A DNA stretch of 63,955 nt, the filler included, from Phoronis australis (taxonomy: Eukaryota; Animalia; Phoronida), in assembly GCA_002633005.1 (NCBI GenBank). It is 10 parts of 10 records of this genome, joined end to end, with 100 filler letters (N's around TTAATTAATTAA, not from the genome) between each part and the next. Parts side by side here need not be neighbours in the genome. Positions count along the whole stretch, not along the records: positions 22,444 to 28,992 come from NMRA01002147.1; positions 29,093 to 36,434 come from NMRA01001090.1; positions 36,535 to 53,460 come from NMRA01001503.1; 7 more parts are not named here. One strand, 5' to 3'. Shown here piece after piece: positions 23,938 through 37,841 of this stretch (the first letter of the stretch is position 1; every line of letters starts with the position of its first letter). A program made the position numbers and the translations under genes. The notes below the pieces were generated by a model that was not told the origin of the DNA, did not search any database, and saw only the letters and a program-made list of their open reading frames with translations.

Positions 23938-26494
23938 ACAACGACAGTCTGGGTTAAACAAGGTTTAACCGCAGTCAAAGCTAAACTGGCTTTGATGCTT
24001 TAATTATAGATACAAGGTTTTTAAATCCAACTGTGATAAATTTTGTCGACTGCTTCCTCTGACTGGACATGACATGCTCCTGAGTGATCTTACAGGTCAT
24101 CGATGAAGAGATATTTTGAATATACACGTCCATGTAATCGCGTCTCCCCAATACTATGCATGAGTCGAAGACAAGATTGGGCCGGCTGCCGTTATTGCTG
24201 CAGACCCCATCTTGTTAAGATGACCGTTTAAAGACCACAATATCGCGTTAGTCTCTGGAACATGCCATGCTTGGTTAGAATTGGAAGCTCTCTCATATGT
24301 GTGATATTGGTTAGACGTTTATTTTTACTGTAAAATGTAGAAAAAAGTGCTCTGAACAGCTTTCCGTCCTATGCCCCGGTTTCTTTTCCTATTATTTGAT
24401 CTGATCAGAGTATCTTCACAAAAATAAGTACGACATATACGTGTGCTCTTAAGGTTGTTTTGGTCAGTTTGACTCATTGCCGACTACATGTTTGATTGTT
24501 TGTCAAATTTAGCAAATTTGGATATAATTAGGAGATACAAATATCCCCAGAATGAGTCAGGCTGGCCCAATAACTTAATAAAATAAGTAGACCACAGCTC
24601 CTCTTGGATAAATGTTGCTGAACCCACTGGAAGTTCCCACGTTCGTCTGCGGCAACTGAGTCTGGGTGTAACCTCCACTGTGCGACAGACAATCACCATG
24701 GTTTTTAGTCCTCTTCAATCAAATCTGAATCTAAACTCAAATCACTATTTATCCAGTTTCTATTTCCTTGGGTGTAGAGGACCCACGTGATTCGTTGTCA
24801 GGCGAGATTGTTGCTGGGACTCCTACTCGGGCCGAGGCACATATGTTCAGGAGGGGGTAAACGAGACAGTGGCCGGAGAAATAGTCATCTCCATGTGTCA
24901 ATGAGTGTTGATGTAAACACTTTGTGATAGTAGGAGCTGACTGAATGAAAGCCATGCGGAGAGGAATCCTAATGCCAGTTTGAAATTGTTTGGAATTCTT
25001 CCAAAATTTGACGGGGATAACTCATGTTTTTTACGAAAACCAGACGATGTATGAAAACTGGACGATTAGGAAATCTCGCTTTCCACGATTGTGTGCCTGA
25101 AAACCTTCCCTTCAGGTACAATGTCACAGTTAAAAAGTTGTGCAAGATCACATGGAATCGTGGCTCCCGTTTTCCAGTAGAGGCTGTGTTTAAAACAGAT
25201 TTTGCTTGAGGTGGACATCCACCAATTGTGAAACGAGTAAATGTTTGTTCCTCTGGCGTGCAGAAACGGTAACGCCTCAGCGTTAACATTGTTTGGACGC
25301 GTCTTTGTCGTCTACCCATAAAGGCCAAATATATCTGCTTCTTTGAAGGGCACATGGTGGTCGCTGGTGCTGCGGCGATTTGCATCGCTCCCTAGTGGAT
25401 GATCATACGAGCTCTCGTTGCATATAAATGGGCCATATTTGTCATTATTTAGTGATCTAATGTCTTTTGTGAAAACGTTTTAAAATTTTCTGTTAAAAAC
25501 AAAAAACAAAAAAAAAAAAGTAAATGACAATGTCTCTGTGAGTCGCCTATGGTACAGTGTGCTTTTTAGCCAGCCGATGACCAAATTGTAAGTCTGGTCG
25601 TGCCGGTACCACTGTCATTCACAGTAACCGTTTCTGTGTATTGTTGCACCTTTCATGATTCGGACTAACCGATGATACCGTGGGTGCAGCAATACGTAAA
25701 ATGTCGAGGAACAACGCATAAAAAAATACAAAATACAGGATTTTGATGAATGTAAGATATTACAGATGTTTAAGAAGGTGTAGAACTGGTTTTGAGAACA
25801 TGCTTGTTGGGTGCATTTGCGTTGTACTTGTACCACAAGTCGAAGGAGTTATGATTTTGAAATGTGAATAAATGATGACAAATCCTAATACAATGTGTTT
25901 CTTTAGCGTGCCTGTGACGGAATTATACGGTGCCACCAGGCGTTTACGATAGCCAACTGTTCAGAAAAGTCGCCGGAGTCACTACTTGGCAACTTTTATG
26001 AACGCATAATTAAATTTCGTATTACTCTCATTTCTGTCCGAGTAAACCCTACTGCGCGTTACACCTTGCAGGCACTGGACAGCAAACGGGGCTACGGACC
26101 CCTTCTCATCACAAAAAATTCCCCATCGAAACTCATTTCACATTTGCGTTTGCTCACTTTATTGATTGCAAGACCGTGCCCTACGTTGTCACTTGTTTCA
26201 ACCAACAATTCCCCCGCTGAATACTTCTGGTCACACCAGTGGTTGGTACTGTGACGGAATTCCGCAAAAATCGCTCTTCAGTTTAAAAATAGTAGTCGGT
26301 GGGCCAGATCTCATAGCGTTCANACCTATAAATCAAATTCCAAAAAGTTCCCACGTCTAGAATTGCACATTTTTTAAAAAAACGTGTTTTTGTTGCACAA
26401 AATATGATGCACATTTCTGCCACTTGGTGGCGCTTTTCTATTAAATTGACCAATCAGAGAGCCTGATTGTATTGTTGTGCTTAGTTACTTCAAT

Positions 26495-28610
26495 ATGGCA
26501 GCTCCCATGGAGTGTGATGCCTGTATAATTCAAGGTTTGTCAAATAACACAAAATTGTGATGCCACAGCCTAAAGAAGCTTAGGAAAGCTTCCTGACGAA
26601 AGCTAATGGACTGTGAAACTCTGTAGATCAGTAGATCAAAAAGAAGAAGAGGTGTCACAAACGTTTGTGCAGAAAATAGCTACATGTCCTGGTATAGCCT
26701 ACACAGACACAGTATACTGCTGAGTGCTGTAGACTAGAAGACCAAGTGTCAGACCAAAAAATTGAAAGGACATAGAACGGCATAGCAACGTTTCAAGACA
26801 CCAGCAGTAGTACTAAAGCTGAAGTTGCTGAAAGTGATACAGATGTTATCCAAGATTTCCCAAAAAAATCAATTATACTTCCCAAATCTAAAACACCCAA
26901 TTAACCTGAACAAGATAGGAACATTCTGAAACATGAGTGTATCATTTGTTAGCAGGAAAAGTTTATTATGGACCATATTTCAAGAAAGAGAAAGAAGTAT
27001 TTAATAGCTTTCAAAAACAGGTACGCGTTTTTGAAAGGTACATCTTGGTGTTTTCCATTTGTGTTTCAGTATTATCACCAGTTGTTTTTTTAACTTGATC
27101 AGTCCCTTGGCTGCCTAGGCCTTAGACAATACCACTGACCCAGTAGAGACGGTGATCATATACCATAGGTACTCCATATGCCGGATGCTTTTCGGCAAAT
27201 TATGTTCCTTTAAGTTTAGAAGTACCGCGTAGAGAGATGCCTCTGAGGAGGTCGTTAATGTTTTCATTTGTTCCCAGTTTAAAAAAATACTCCTGCAATC
27301 CTGTTTTTCGAACACTCCATTGTTCAGTTGCCACATCAACACTGCTTGCGCTAAGGGATAATCACATGGCGTTATACTTTGGGTGTGATCTTAAAGCACT
27401 TTAAGTCAAAAATTTTTGAGAAGGTTAAATGGAGTAGATGATTGCAAACAACATGCCCAAGTGGCCGTCATCCCCTACCATAGTCCTGGGATAAGGGGAA
27501 CCTCTTTTCAATTTTTTGTAAACATTAATTATTTAGGTAGCTGCAATGATAATTAAAGTGCCTCAGTGGCCATCGTCGCCGTCGTAATTTGAGGACGATG
27601 GAAGCCACTGTCCATTTCGTCAAACGTCGATTACCTTAAGTGTAAATCGATTGACTATGGTTTGAACATCTGATTGAAAAAAATTAAATTTCAATCACTT
27701 CACTGGTATATCAGCTGATTTATTTTCAATTGCATCAACTAATCTAATTATTAGACGATCAACATTTTTAGGCGACAGATCAGACGGCATGTAAATTTGT
27801 TAGGCCGGTGGTGGATCAGTTCCTGATAAGTCCGTCTCAAAAAGTTGCATGCCAACTCACTCATAGTTAAATGTTAAATTAGTATTAACAGTTCGGGTTT
27901 TTTTCAGCAACAGATCAGTCCAGAGCCCTGAATATGCAAATGAAATTCAAAGATAAAGACCTTGTGTCTTAGAAGCCAAGTACCACACATCAACATGCTA
28001 TAAAAATAGAAAGACAACGATTGTGAAGAGTGATGAATCCACAGTTTTCAGAGATGTTTTTCTACAGTTTTGTTTGGAGTTCATTGAATCAAAGCTTCGA
28101 ACACATGGGTATGTCATTTGCCTTTCAAAACTAAAGCAAGACTTTGAAGCTGTTCTTCAGAAAGCTGGTGTGCATGAAGTTATTTGGACAGGCAATCTTA
28201 AGAAACGACTGTTGAAGCTACTCACTGTTGTAGTTTTTGCCCAACTAAGGGATATGAAAGTGAACTGAGGCTAGTGTTCAATAATTCACTTGCTGACTCT
28301 AATTAACACAGCCCATTATAACATATTTTGAATCAAACGTTTGCCCAAATTCTGCCCGCCTCCAAACAAGGACTTATTGTTTGACCCTTCATTGCCTGCG
28401 GGCCAATCACCAGTGTGCAGTGCTGTACCCTCTCTAATCAACCATAGTTGGCTCCTTGGCGGTGGAGCAATGCCCACATCTCCATTGACAGTACTAAACG
28501 ATGAACGCTGCAAGTGCAAAAAGAACATGTGTGCTGGGAAACTGAGTTTGGTGCTGCAATGCTGGGTCAAACTGTACAGAAATGTGCAACTGTGACAACT
28601 GTAGTAACAT
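26495..28610 (+). mobile_element. Decayed, internally deleted Academ-like DNA transposon ORF with C-terminal CXC zinc finger
   Basis: Fragments CIIC*QE (26938), DLV.LEAKYHTSTCYK (~27958), LSKLK..NLKKRL, CPPPNKDLL and RCKCKKNMCAG / CCNAGSNCTEMCNCDNCSN, with stops and frameshifts. Confidence 0.6.
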
Positions 28611-29092
28611 CAACAACACTGAGTGCATAACATTGGATAGTTCTTTGACAAGTCAACCCTAAATAGACCTCCAACCCCGTTATTTCTTTTTTTGTATTAA
28701 AAAGTTAATTTTATTTGTTGATTAAGTCATAGAAAGTACATACTTTGATCATTGTCATGTATTTGTCTCATACTGCTTGATAAACGCTGTCAGAATAATC
28801 TATTATTCTCATACAGTCTGTGTGCACATTCACAGAGATCATTCAACTATATTGTTTTTGTACTATTACGTATTTCTGGTGTATTATACAAACAAGCTGT
28901 ATTTTACAGCATTAGTCAATGTTTTAGTCATTGAGGCACAAATTTTGCCCAGTCTCAACTGTTTTGTGTTATTTTTGTTGCCAGACAATGCCNNNNNNNN
29001 NNNNNNNNNNNNNNNNNNNNNNNNNNNNNNNNNNNNTTAATTAATTAANNNNNNNNNNNNNNNNNNNNNNNNNNNNNNNNNNNNNNNNNNNN

Positions 29093-29226
29093 TAAAGCGG
29101 CACCAAGCCACGATGAGGTGAACTACTTTTGTATATTTTGCCTAAAGCGGCACCAAGCCATGATGAGGTGAACTACTTTTGTATATTTTGCCTAAAGCAG
29201 CACCAAGCCACGATGAGGCGAACTAC
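29093..29226 (+). repeat. 50-bp tandem repeat, 2.7 copies at a contig start
   Basis: TAAAGCGGCACCAAGCCACGATGAGGTGAACTACTTTTGTATATTTTGCC at 29093, 29143 and 29193. Confidence 0.92.
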
Positions 29227-32200
29227 AATAATAAAATAACTGTTATAATAACAAAATGAAAGTGTTGGTAGAACGCTACTCAGTTTGGAGCATTAAACAA
29301 TAATCAAGCATTGATTATAGTCAATAATCCGATTTTAGGTAAATATAATGATGCTCAGCTTTGTGTAAACTGAGATAAGAGGGCTAAATTAGATTAACGT
29401 TGCCGTTCACGTAATATGAGATAAGTAAGCAGCGTATCATTTTTGAGAAATACAAACTTATCGTCCACAAGGTTTTTGTTAGCAACCTCGCTCGTCAGAA
29501 AATGTGCTCTATCGCGATTGGGAATACACGGCAGTTAGTGGTGCATGCGAGTAATGCTTTGTACTAAAACAATATATTTTGCTGTTACAGTTTTGTATGT
29601 TGTTACATTTTTGTATGTTGTCTTTTCTGTTGACAGTTTACGCCACTGTTTAACAATTTTTAGTGCCATCGATTTTAAGCCTCTTGTCCTGAGTACAGAA
29701 ACAGGTGACAAGTTAAAGGGAAACACCTCCACCGGGTTAGTCCGAGAAGATGCATATTTGGGGATAGTGTTTGGGAAGGATTGCACTGAAGTTTTTAAAT
29801 TCACCAAGGGCTATGAGTAGTAAAATATGTGGGTTTTGGTGATTTTATTACAAATTGCTGATTCCTAAAAGGAAAAATTTACCTAAATCGAGGCAATGAC
29901 CTCATCAACATTTGAGAACAGATTCGAGAGCTGGGCTGTCGCGCGAGATCAGTTGAACATTTTGAAAAATGTCGAGCTAATGTGGACAGACGGAGGTTAC
30001 ATCCCTCGCGTATTCCAGATAAAGTTTAACATTCCTGCTTACATTTGACTGACAGGCTCAACACATGCAAAACAGACAGCCAAACGAAGAAGCAAATGGC
30101 ACCTACATGACTATATGATGTGGCACTTTGTGTCTACGTTCGCCATAAGACGCTTTTAAGACGTTAGCCACAGGTGACAATATAGATAATATTGAAATTA
30201 CGTTAAATCATAAGTTTTTAAAAATTTTAACGGAAAAAACACTAAAAGTTGGTAGTGGTAGCTTATCGATTTAGTTATACCGCAGATCTTACTTGACGAA
30301 TACATAGTTGAACCAAGCTGGTTATCTTTTATCATGTTTAGTTCAACAGTTGCTGTGTTTTGAAATCATTTAAAGCAAAGTCCGTCTGAAAACAATCATT
30401 GCCAACTTCACTGGAATCATGGCGCCCGAGCTCCCTTAACCCTCACGATAAAAACTCACGCACGAAAACCTTAACACGGAGCCTGAACTCTAACCACACT
30501 CGGGCACAGATACCGCAGACAAATGTTACTTCAAAAGCGCTAAGAGTTGATTTTCACCTCTTACGATCATTACATGTTCAAACTACAGTATCGGACTGAG
30601 TGATTTTATTTTTCAAAATCAGCCTTAAAGGAGAAATCAATACCGAAGCCCGATTTCAGGGCTTTCTAAAAATAGGTTTATCACCGATGTTAAGTCATAA
30701 ATGATGGCGTTTGATCTTTTTTAAAAACAAGACCTGTTCACACTTTGCAACTGTTATAAACGGGGGCAGTGGTGGTATTATTGACAAGATGCCAGTACAA
30801 ATAAAGAGGTGGAACCATCAAAATTCAGTGTGTCGATATCGCTATGAAGAATAGCTCTTGGTTTGATAGTTTTGAAAATTCGTACTCAAATTGCAAAAAC
30901 GTCAGCGTCATTTTAAGCGAAGTTCTTTTTCAAAACCCTCTCAAAGGTATCTAAGGTATATTTGGCGAATTGATGTGGCAACTCAGCGACAATCAAGCCT
31001 TTCACTACAATACTTTGAGTCAAGTGCACGCTGCAGCACTGCACATGAGTAAAAGAAAAGAAGGTGACCTTGGGAACAAAAAGACAATTCTCGATCCGTT
31101 TTGGCTGACATCAAGCGACTTCTTATTTTTGAAAATTAGAAAAACTAAAAATACCGTATCACAGCATTAATTTTCAAAAAAATTTACAAAGCACACCAGT
31201 CTTGCTATTTTGGCCTTATTGCTGTCTATAATATGGTACACTGTAAGTCTCACAATTTCAAATCAAGATGTTTTTGAAATTCATCCTGGTACGGGAATTG
31301 GGGATAGTTAGGACTATAAAAGATCTTAAACCCAGCCGCAGAGCGTCTAAAGCCGCGCACCGTACCAGTGGCTGCTGGCAACCCATCGGAGACACAACTT
31401 TAACATCCTTCGCCGTAGAGATAACTCTTGGGCTGTCTCCGATGAGTCCATTCATTCTTGAATGATGTTTAGGTAAATAGCTGCTTTTGTCTGGCGTACA
31501 TTGGTAACCCTCGGTCCCGGCCCTGGCTTGTTTTATAAAGTGCCTCGTTACTGTAACAGATTGTCATTGACTTGCTGTATAGTTTTCATAAACAATTAGT
31601 GTTTTGGTGTGGTATTTAGAAAACATGACCTCCCAAATATTACGACTGACCAATTGTTGTATTACCCACAATGCCTCGGTGAGGTACCAAAGGTCGGAGT
31701 ACTCGGGTCAGTAGTGACATCACATTCGGTTCAGAATCATGTTGCGTTTGCCGGTACGAATAAAAACAAAAACCCCGAATTTCCCCTGGTGTTTGCAGGC
31801 TATGTTTTACAGGTTTGCGATCGCAACATGAGACAGTCCTTAACAACTTTTACTAAAAATGTTCACTTTAAACAAAATCATTGGCAATCTTTTAAAAGAA
31901 CTTTGTTTGTCCTATAAAATTTTGAAATGATACCTTACACTCTCATAATCAAAAATTTGGAATAAGAAATTTGCCGCCTGTATGGCCCACCTAGTCTCGT
32001 GTAGTTGCGAACACTATTATTGTGACTCGTATCGCGGTTTGGCAAAGCTGCAGATTACTAACATCATGCGTATGGGATTATTCATGCTTCCATCGACACT
32101 TGATTAGTAGTCAAGTTTGGCGGTACCACTCTCTCATTGATGCGAAACAATGATAACCACGTCATGAGCATGATAAAGTCCGTTCAATTCTAATTTTTAC

Positions 32201-32368
32201 AGCGAGCACCGAGTAACTTCTGGTCATTCTAAGTACGCTTTTGGAAACGCTAGCTGTTGATCGGTTACTGCAATGTACCTTTTCTGAGAGAGACAGTAAA
32301 TTGTGTGCTGGTCACTTACAGTAGGAACAGCGTGGACATCTGCGACGAATCTCAAAGAATAAGTCAAC

Positions 32369-32423
32369 ATGGAACGTATAAAGATTCCAAGTGTTGTCAT
32401 TTTTGGTATTTTTATTTTATCTG
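32369..32423 (+). CDS. Probable first coding exon (signal peptide) of a C-type lectin domain protein
   Basis: caacATGG context; MERIKIPSVVIFGIFILS; gtaagt donor, phase 1 compatible with exon at 34663. Confidence 0.7.
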
Positions 32424-32840
32424 GTAAGTTTTTATTATAAGTTCCAGTAAACTACTGTATTCGGCTTTGAAATTTGGAACTCGCTACTAGCTTCTTCGAA
32501 GAACCTGTAGGGTAACTTCATTTTTAACTTTTGCTGAGGTTATTACAATCTTCTTTTCTTGCAACTCGTTAATGGTGTTTTTTATTTCTCAGTCTATTAA
32601 AATTCAATGTATTATGCTCATTCCGTGTGTATTCTTCAGTTCTTATTTAATAATTGTATTAATTTATTACAGGTCAGTATTTCCCATTCACAATTAAATT
32701 GATGAAGAGACGCTAATTGTGTTTATCGTGAAAACAACTATATGTCATGCCTAAAAGCCATTAATCGTCACCTGTAAATACATTACATCATAAATTATCC
32801 AAACATTATCGCTAACAATTTCTATTAAATTAAGTTGGAT

Positions 32841-33312
32841 TTAAATTGCATTTCGCCCTGTTTACTGAAGGGCTACAAAACGAAATCAAATTTAGCCTTA
32901 GACTCTCTATAAAACCGGTTTCTTAATAATCTTCACCGTGATAGAATTCTGTTTCCATTACCGTCAAAACATCGAAACCATCCTGCAACTTCAGAAAACC
33001 CTTCAGCAACTTTCGGTGTTGGACAACACTACGCCTTGTCTGTGACTTTAATTGAGTTAGTGCCAGAAATAGAATCCTATACCGGTAAGGATTGCTGTGA
33101 GACCAATCCTATAACGGTAAGGATTGTTGTGAGACCAATTCCATAATGGTAAGGATTGCTGTGAGACCAATCCTATAACGGTAACGATTGCTGTGAGACC
33201 AATCCTATAACGGTAAGGATTGTTGTGAGACCAATTTTATAAAACTTTAAGGTCTAGTTCGATTTTTGTGAGTTCCGTTTTGCCCGTTAAATAGGGTGAC
33301 ATGCAGCTATAA
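32841..33312. mobile_element. Kolobok-like MITE with ~100-bp diverged inverted ends
   Basis: Left end TTAA|ATTGCATTTCGCCCTG..., right end ...AGGGTGACATGCAGCT; same end at 48943-49050 finishing GCAGCT|TTAA. Confidence 0.6.
33073..33232 (+). repeat. 32-bp minisatellite, 5 copies
   Basis: AATCCTATAACGGTAAGGATTGCTGTGAGACC units at 33073, 33105, 33137, 33169 and 33201. Confidence 0.93.
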
Positions 33313-34662
33313 AATTCATTTAATCGATAAAGTTATGAACTCAAATGTAGGGAATGGGTATCTTCAACTGGAAGATATATATTTTTCAAAGCCATTTACT
33401 GAATGTTGACCGTAAATGTAGACACGGATTTCCCTGGCGACTTAACAATACTAGATTTCGAGCCGGGGATTCACAGCTTGATCTTGTCGCGTCAGAAATT
33501 AGAAATTGACATTGGAGAACTTTTGCTTTTAAAGATTCAATAATAATTACCCCCATTGAAAACGTTTACGATTTGCATAGCTGGTATTGGTTGTTTGAAA
33601 TCGTAATTGTATGACCATTGCGTTTTTAAAGAATTAAAAATATAGCCAAGAGGATCCAAGAAGCGTATCTGTTAACTATCCATAACGCGCGGGAATTTTG
33701 CCGCGTGATCTTCTACGTCACTAGGAGCAATGCGAAAGCTGAAAGTAGTTATTGAGACACAGGGACTTTTGATAGTCCGACGGATCAGTCGAAACATTCA
33801 CTCTTAACGCCGTCTATCGGGTATGTTTATTCTCGAGGTCAGAGCATTCAAATAAGGATGGTGTTTAATTCGCGAATCTTCATCCAAAATGTCATCACTC
33901 ACGCTGCCTGATCCGTTCGACATCTTCAAGTGACGCGCAGTCAGCTCAGTCAAGTCCCATTTACTTTCAGGGTCTCGGTGGTGTTACAATACCGAGTGGT
34001 TATTATATTTTTTAATCTGATAGGCTTATGGTTTATTCCTGATTTAGTTTCACATATCGGTGCCACGTCAATTGTTTACATCCACCAGACTCACAAACAA
34101 TAATTATAGTTCGCAGGAAAAACTTAAAATGTCATTTCAGTCGTGATTTCAATAACAGTGACTCACAGACAGTATCCCCTTTGATGGTGTAGGAAGATAG
34201 CTTTCCGGTGCATGGGCATTAGGCATTAGATGCGTCTATCTAGCTAATCCCGGTTTAATCAGTGAATACAGGAGGACCATTCACATGTCACGCTCTAGTC
34301 ATGCTCTAGTGACACCCAAAATGACTCTTTCTTAAAGATTATGGTGTCCGTAAAATGGAACTAAATGATCTGGCTATAGTCGATTTTCGAATAAATATAA
34401 GCGCAACAAAGAGCATTATTATCTCCGACGTACAAGACCAGCCCTTGAGTCGCGGGTCCCCGTTCTCATACATTCAGGCCTACAATAAATAAGCAGATAA
34501 ACACACATGTAGAACCTAACTTGGATTTTTAGTTTCAACCCTTCTGACTTGACCACTATATCCATCTTTGATCACGGACGCGGGCATTGTTCATGCTTGG
34601 TAAATGACAGGTAGTTGACTATCATGATTCAGATTAGAACACATTTGCCAATCTCCTTTCAG

Positions 34663-34817
34663 TTCAAAGTCTTGAGTGTCCCTATGGTTGGACGAAACAC
34701 GAAAACCACTGCTACAAATTTAATGGTGCACAGTTCAGGACGTCGTGGAAAGAGGCCAGGGGCTTTTGTGAAGCTCACTACGGGGATTTGTTGTCCATAA
34801 CAACGCCCCAAGAATGG
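34663..34817 (+). CDS. C-type lectin domain, N-terminal exon
   Basis: tttcag acceptor, gtaagc donor; CPYGWTKHENHCYKF...SWKEARGFCEAHYGDLLSITTPQE matches CTLD CPxGW..CY..W..A..C..L.SI..E. Confidence 0.92.
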
Positions 34818-36534
34818 GTAAGCATGTTTCGAAGTAACGCACTTGTTACCCACCGCCAGACAGCACTGCAATAGCAAGATGCCACGCTAAAATAAGTCTA
34901 CAGCGTGAGCACTCCTATACGGGTTTGCAATTGTGACCCGCTAGTGGCACATAGAGTGACAATTAAATCTGCCTTGCAAAAAATGAACTTGGAACAGCCA
35001 CCATTTGGTGTCAAATTGCTGGGCATCATTCAAATTGCATTGCTAACTCTTAGTTTGTTAGTTGCTTGTTTGAGGTCAGTTCCTACAAGTTGGCTTGCCA
35101 CGTGGCCGCTGCGTGCATGGCTCGACGATCGAATAACCAACTCGCTGTCGGGTCTTTGCAGATCCAGAAATTCCTCCTGGTCCGAGTAAGAAAAGATGAG
35201 TACAATTTCAAACCGGCAGAAAGTTCGTCGTGGACGGAACACGTTCATATAAAATGAGCCCCGTTTTATAAGATCATATGGACGTCTGTGTATTTTGCTA
35301 AACATCTGAAAAACTAGAATAATAAAAATATTAAATGCTCTGTAAGTGGAAAACCTGTAGAATTTAATGGTTCGAATTTTTATAGTCCATAATTGGGTCA
35401 TGTGACGATGTATTTTTGACAAAGAAAGCAAAAAAGGGTATCAACATCATAAGCAAATTTTATTTGATCCTATAAATGTTCAAGATAAAATTACAGAAGA
35501 GCTGTTAGGCCTACAGTTTTCAAAATTATCACTTTGTTTCCGTTTCATACAACTTTTTTCACTAAGATCATAAAAGTCCTATTTTTGTCCCTCATGACGC
35601 ATAGTGGGGCATTTTTATCTGCTCCACAATGCATCACTATGCTCCACCTGTTGGTGTTGGACAACGGTGCATAAAGCAAAGTATCTCAAAGTTTCATGTG
35701 AAACCGATCTGATCCGCCCGCAATTTCTGAGATGTTCCGAAATTGACCAAATTTGGCCATTTTTCACGGGTTCTACAAAACCTAATGAATTCACGCCGTT
35801 TGCGTACACGTGTTTATGTTGGTAGGTTAGCCTACGTCCCGCTTAATTGCTCCAGCCCCTCCACTGACCTCAGTGGCTATGCAGGTAAAGACGGTCTCTG
35901 CAGAGTATGATAGTCCATAGAGGGCGAAAGCACCATTTTGTACTCTTCACACTTCGAAAAGCACTTTCCTAATGTGTTTTGAAGTAGTGGCGGACATTTG
36001 GAGATGACGAAGTCGGTGACAGTAACTATTTACTAGTAGATATTGCGGGTCAAGGTAATTCCTAAATCAAATGTCACCTGGTCCTCTTTGACCGATGATT
36101 GATTCCATCCATGTAATTATGACATGTGTAGACAGTAGACAAGCCTATCACCGTCTCTATAGTAATCAGTTGCCTGGCCCCAGTATTGTCAGTAATGGCC
36201 CAGTGGAGACGGCCGGAAACTTTTCGACGAATTATGGCTTATCACAAACCGTCAAAGCTCCGTCTGTACATAGAGGGACACCTTAGGAGGTCGCTGCCGT
36301 CTTTAACTCTTCCCAGCTCAATCGAATATTTCTGCAATCACGTTTTTTTTTAAACAGCCCTCAGGGCCTCATTCAGTTGCCCAGTTGAGTATGTGAATGA
36401 GTCAGTATGCCATGGTGATGTGTTTGATGAGAATNNNNNNNNNNNNNNNNNNNNNNNNNNNNNNNNNNNNNNNNNNNNTTAATTAATTAANNNNNNNNNN
36501 NNNNNNNNNNNNNNNNNNNNNNNNNNNNNNNNNN

Positions 36535-36690
36535 ATTGAACATATGTGCCAAATTTCATGAACATATGTCAAAGGGTTTTGGAGATAGAGCAGCGGATGC
36601 CGGACGGACGCCGCCTATACGGACGGACGGACAGACGGACGGAGATAACGGCATAATGCGTCCACATATAAATATGTGGGCGCATAATAA
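36535..36690 (-). mobile_element. 5' end of a second Helentron-associated (pearl/DINE-like) element
   Basis: Minus strand TTATTATGCGCCCACATAT..ATATGTGGACGCA hairpin, (CCGT/CTGT)n microsatellite, then core with CATGAAATTTGGCAC. Confidence 0.75.
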
Positions 36691-36743
36691 TTGCTAATTG
36701 TTCTTTGTTCATTTTTCAAAGGCTATTATGTTTGATGGTTTAA

Positions 36744-37841
36744 AGAGATCCACCATGCATTTTCTTAGTTTTTGGCGTTCCAATTAGCTAATATGAAATG
36801 AATACCATAAAATTAAACTAAATAAGTACTTTTTATGCCGAATAGACACAAATTTCTTTAATTTTGAAGAAAAATTAGTTACTTCCAGGTTTCCCGACAA
36901 ATGATGTAATGAGTGGAACATGTTTGGTCACTTGACAATTAATTGCAATGGTGGAACATGGCAGATGAGAAGATGAGGACGATTTTGAGCGACAACTGGA
37001 CAATTATTATGCAGACAGAGAGTAGAGTGGATACGGACCCTAGTACTCGAATGATTTCCCACTTATCAAACTTTTGTCGGCTTTGAGACCATATGAACTC
37101 TACCAACTTGCACGAGTAATGCTTCAGACAATCATATGTTAGCCACCGTCAGCCAAAGAGTGATCAATATTCACAAAATAGACACTTAATTACTGACAAA
37201 GGCCACAGTAAACCTGAGTCACTCATATTCACTATTGCCATGATGGCATGAGCACGGTCAAAACACGACGCATAAACCTACATGTGGTAACACTCAATCT
37301 GGGTCATGGTCGAGGGCATAGCTGGCATCACTCGCCCCAGAATGGAAGCAGTTTGTTCGTTATTCATAAAATTTGCAATTACGGCACTTACAAGGTGGCA
37401 AGTTCTTCATCCTAATACTGCTTTTTTGTTTGACTAAAACACGATTCCTTGTAATGGGCCAAACAAAGTGCGGCTCCTGACTGAATCGCATGTTTCACAG
37501 TGACAATGCAACACTCTCGTGCAGCGCACAAATCGCAACTTTCACGTATTTAGGAAATTTGAACACAAAGACGTTACTACAACCTCCACAAACACCTGTT
37601 CATGTCTGAGAAAAGCCGCTCTCCACGGACTCTCTTCACAACTCATCAGTATCGCACTGGAAAAAAACAACAACGGCGGAGACAGTCCATAACGTACAAC
37701 TCCGATAACAAAAAAATACCGGTATACTTTTTTGAAAATTTTTGGTTTGTTTCTTAGCAAAAGGTATACTAAAGACTATTAAATCTCTTAAGATGTATTA
37801 ATAAAATTAGTTTTGCGACACAGGGTCATGGTGGGAACTCT
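36744..37841. mobile_element. Non-autonomous Kolobok-like element, ~1.1 kb
   Basis: TTAA|AGAGATCCACCATG ... CATGGTGGGAACTCT|TTAA terminal inverted repeats with TTAA on both sides. Confidence 0.65.

Noticed and set aside
24484-25385. Minus-strand ORFs up to 138 aa
   Set aside because: No recognisable domain or consistent splice structure; may be a decayed element
26593-26635. CTGACGA...GAAA hammerhead-like spacing
   Set aside because: Stems II and III cannot be paired
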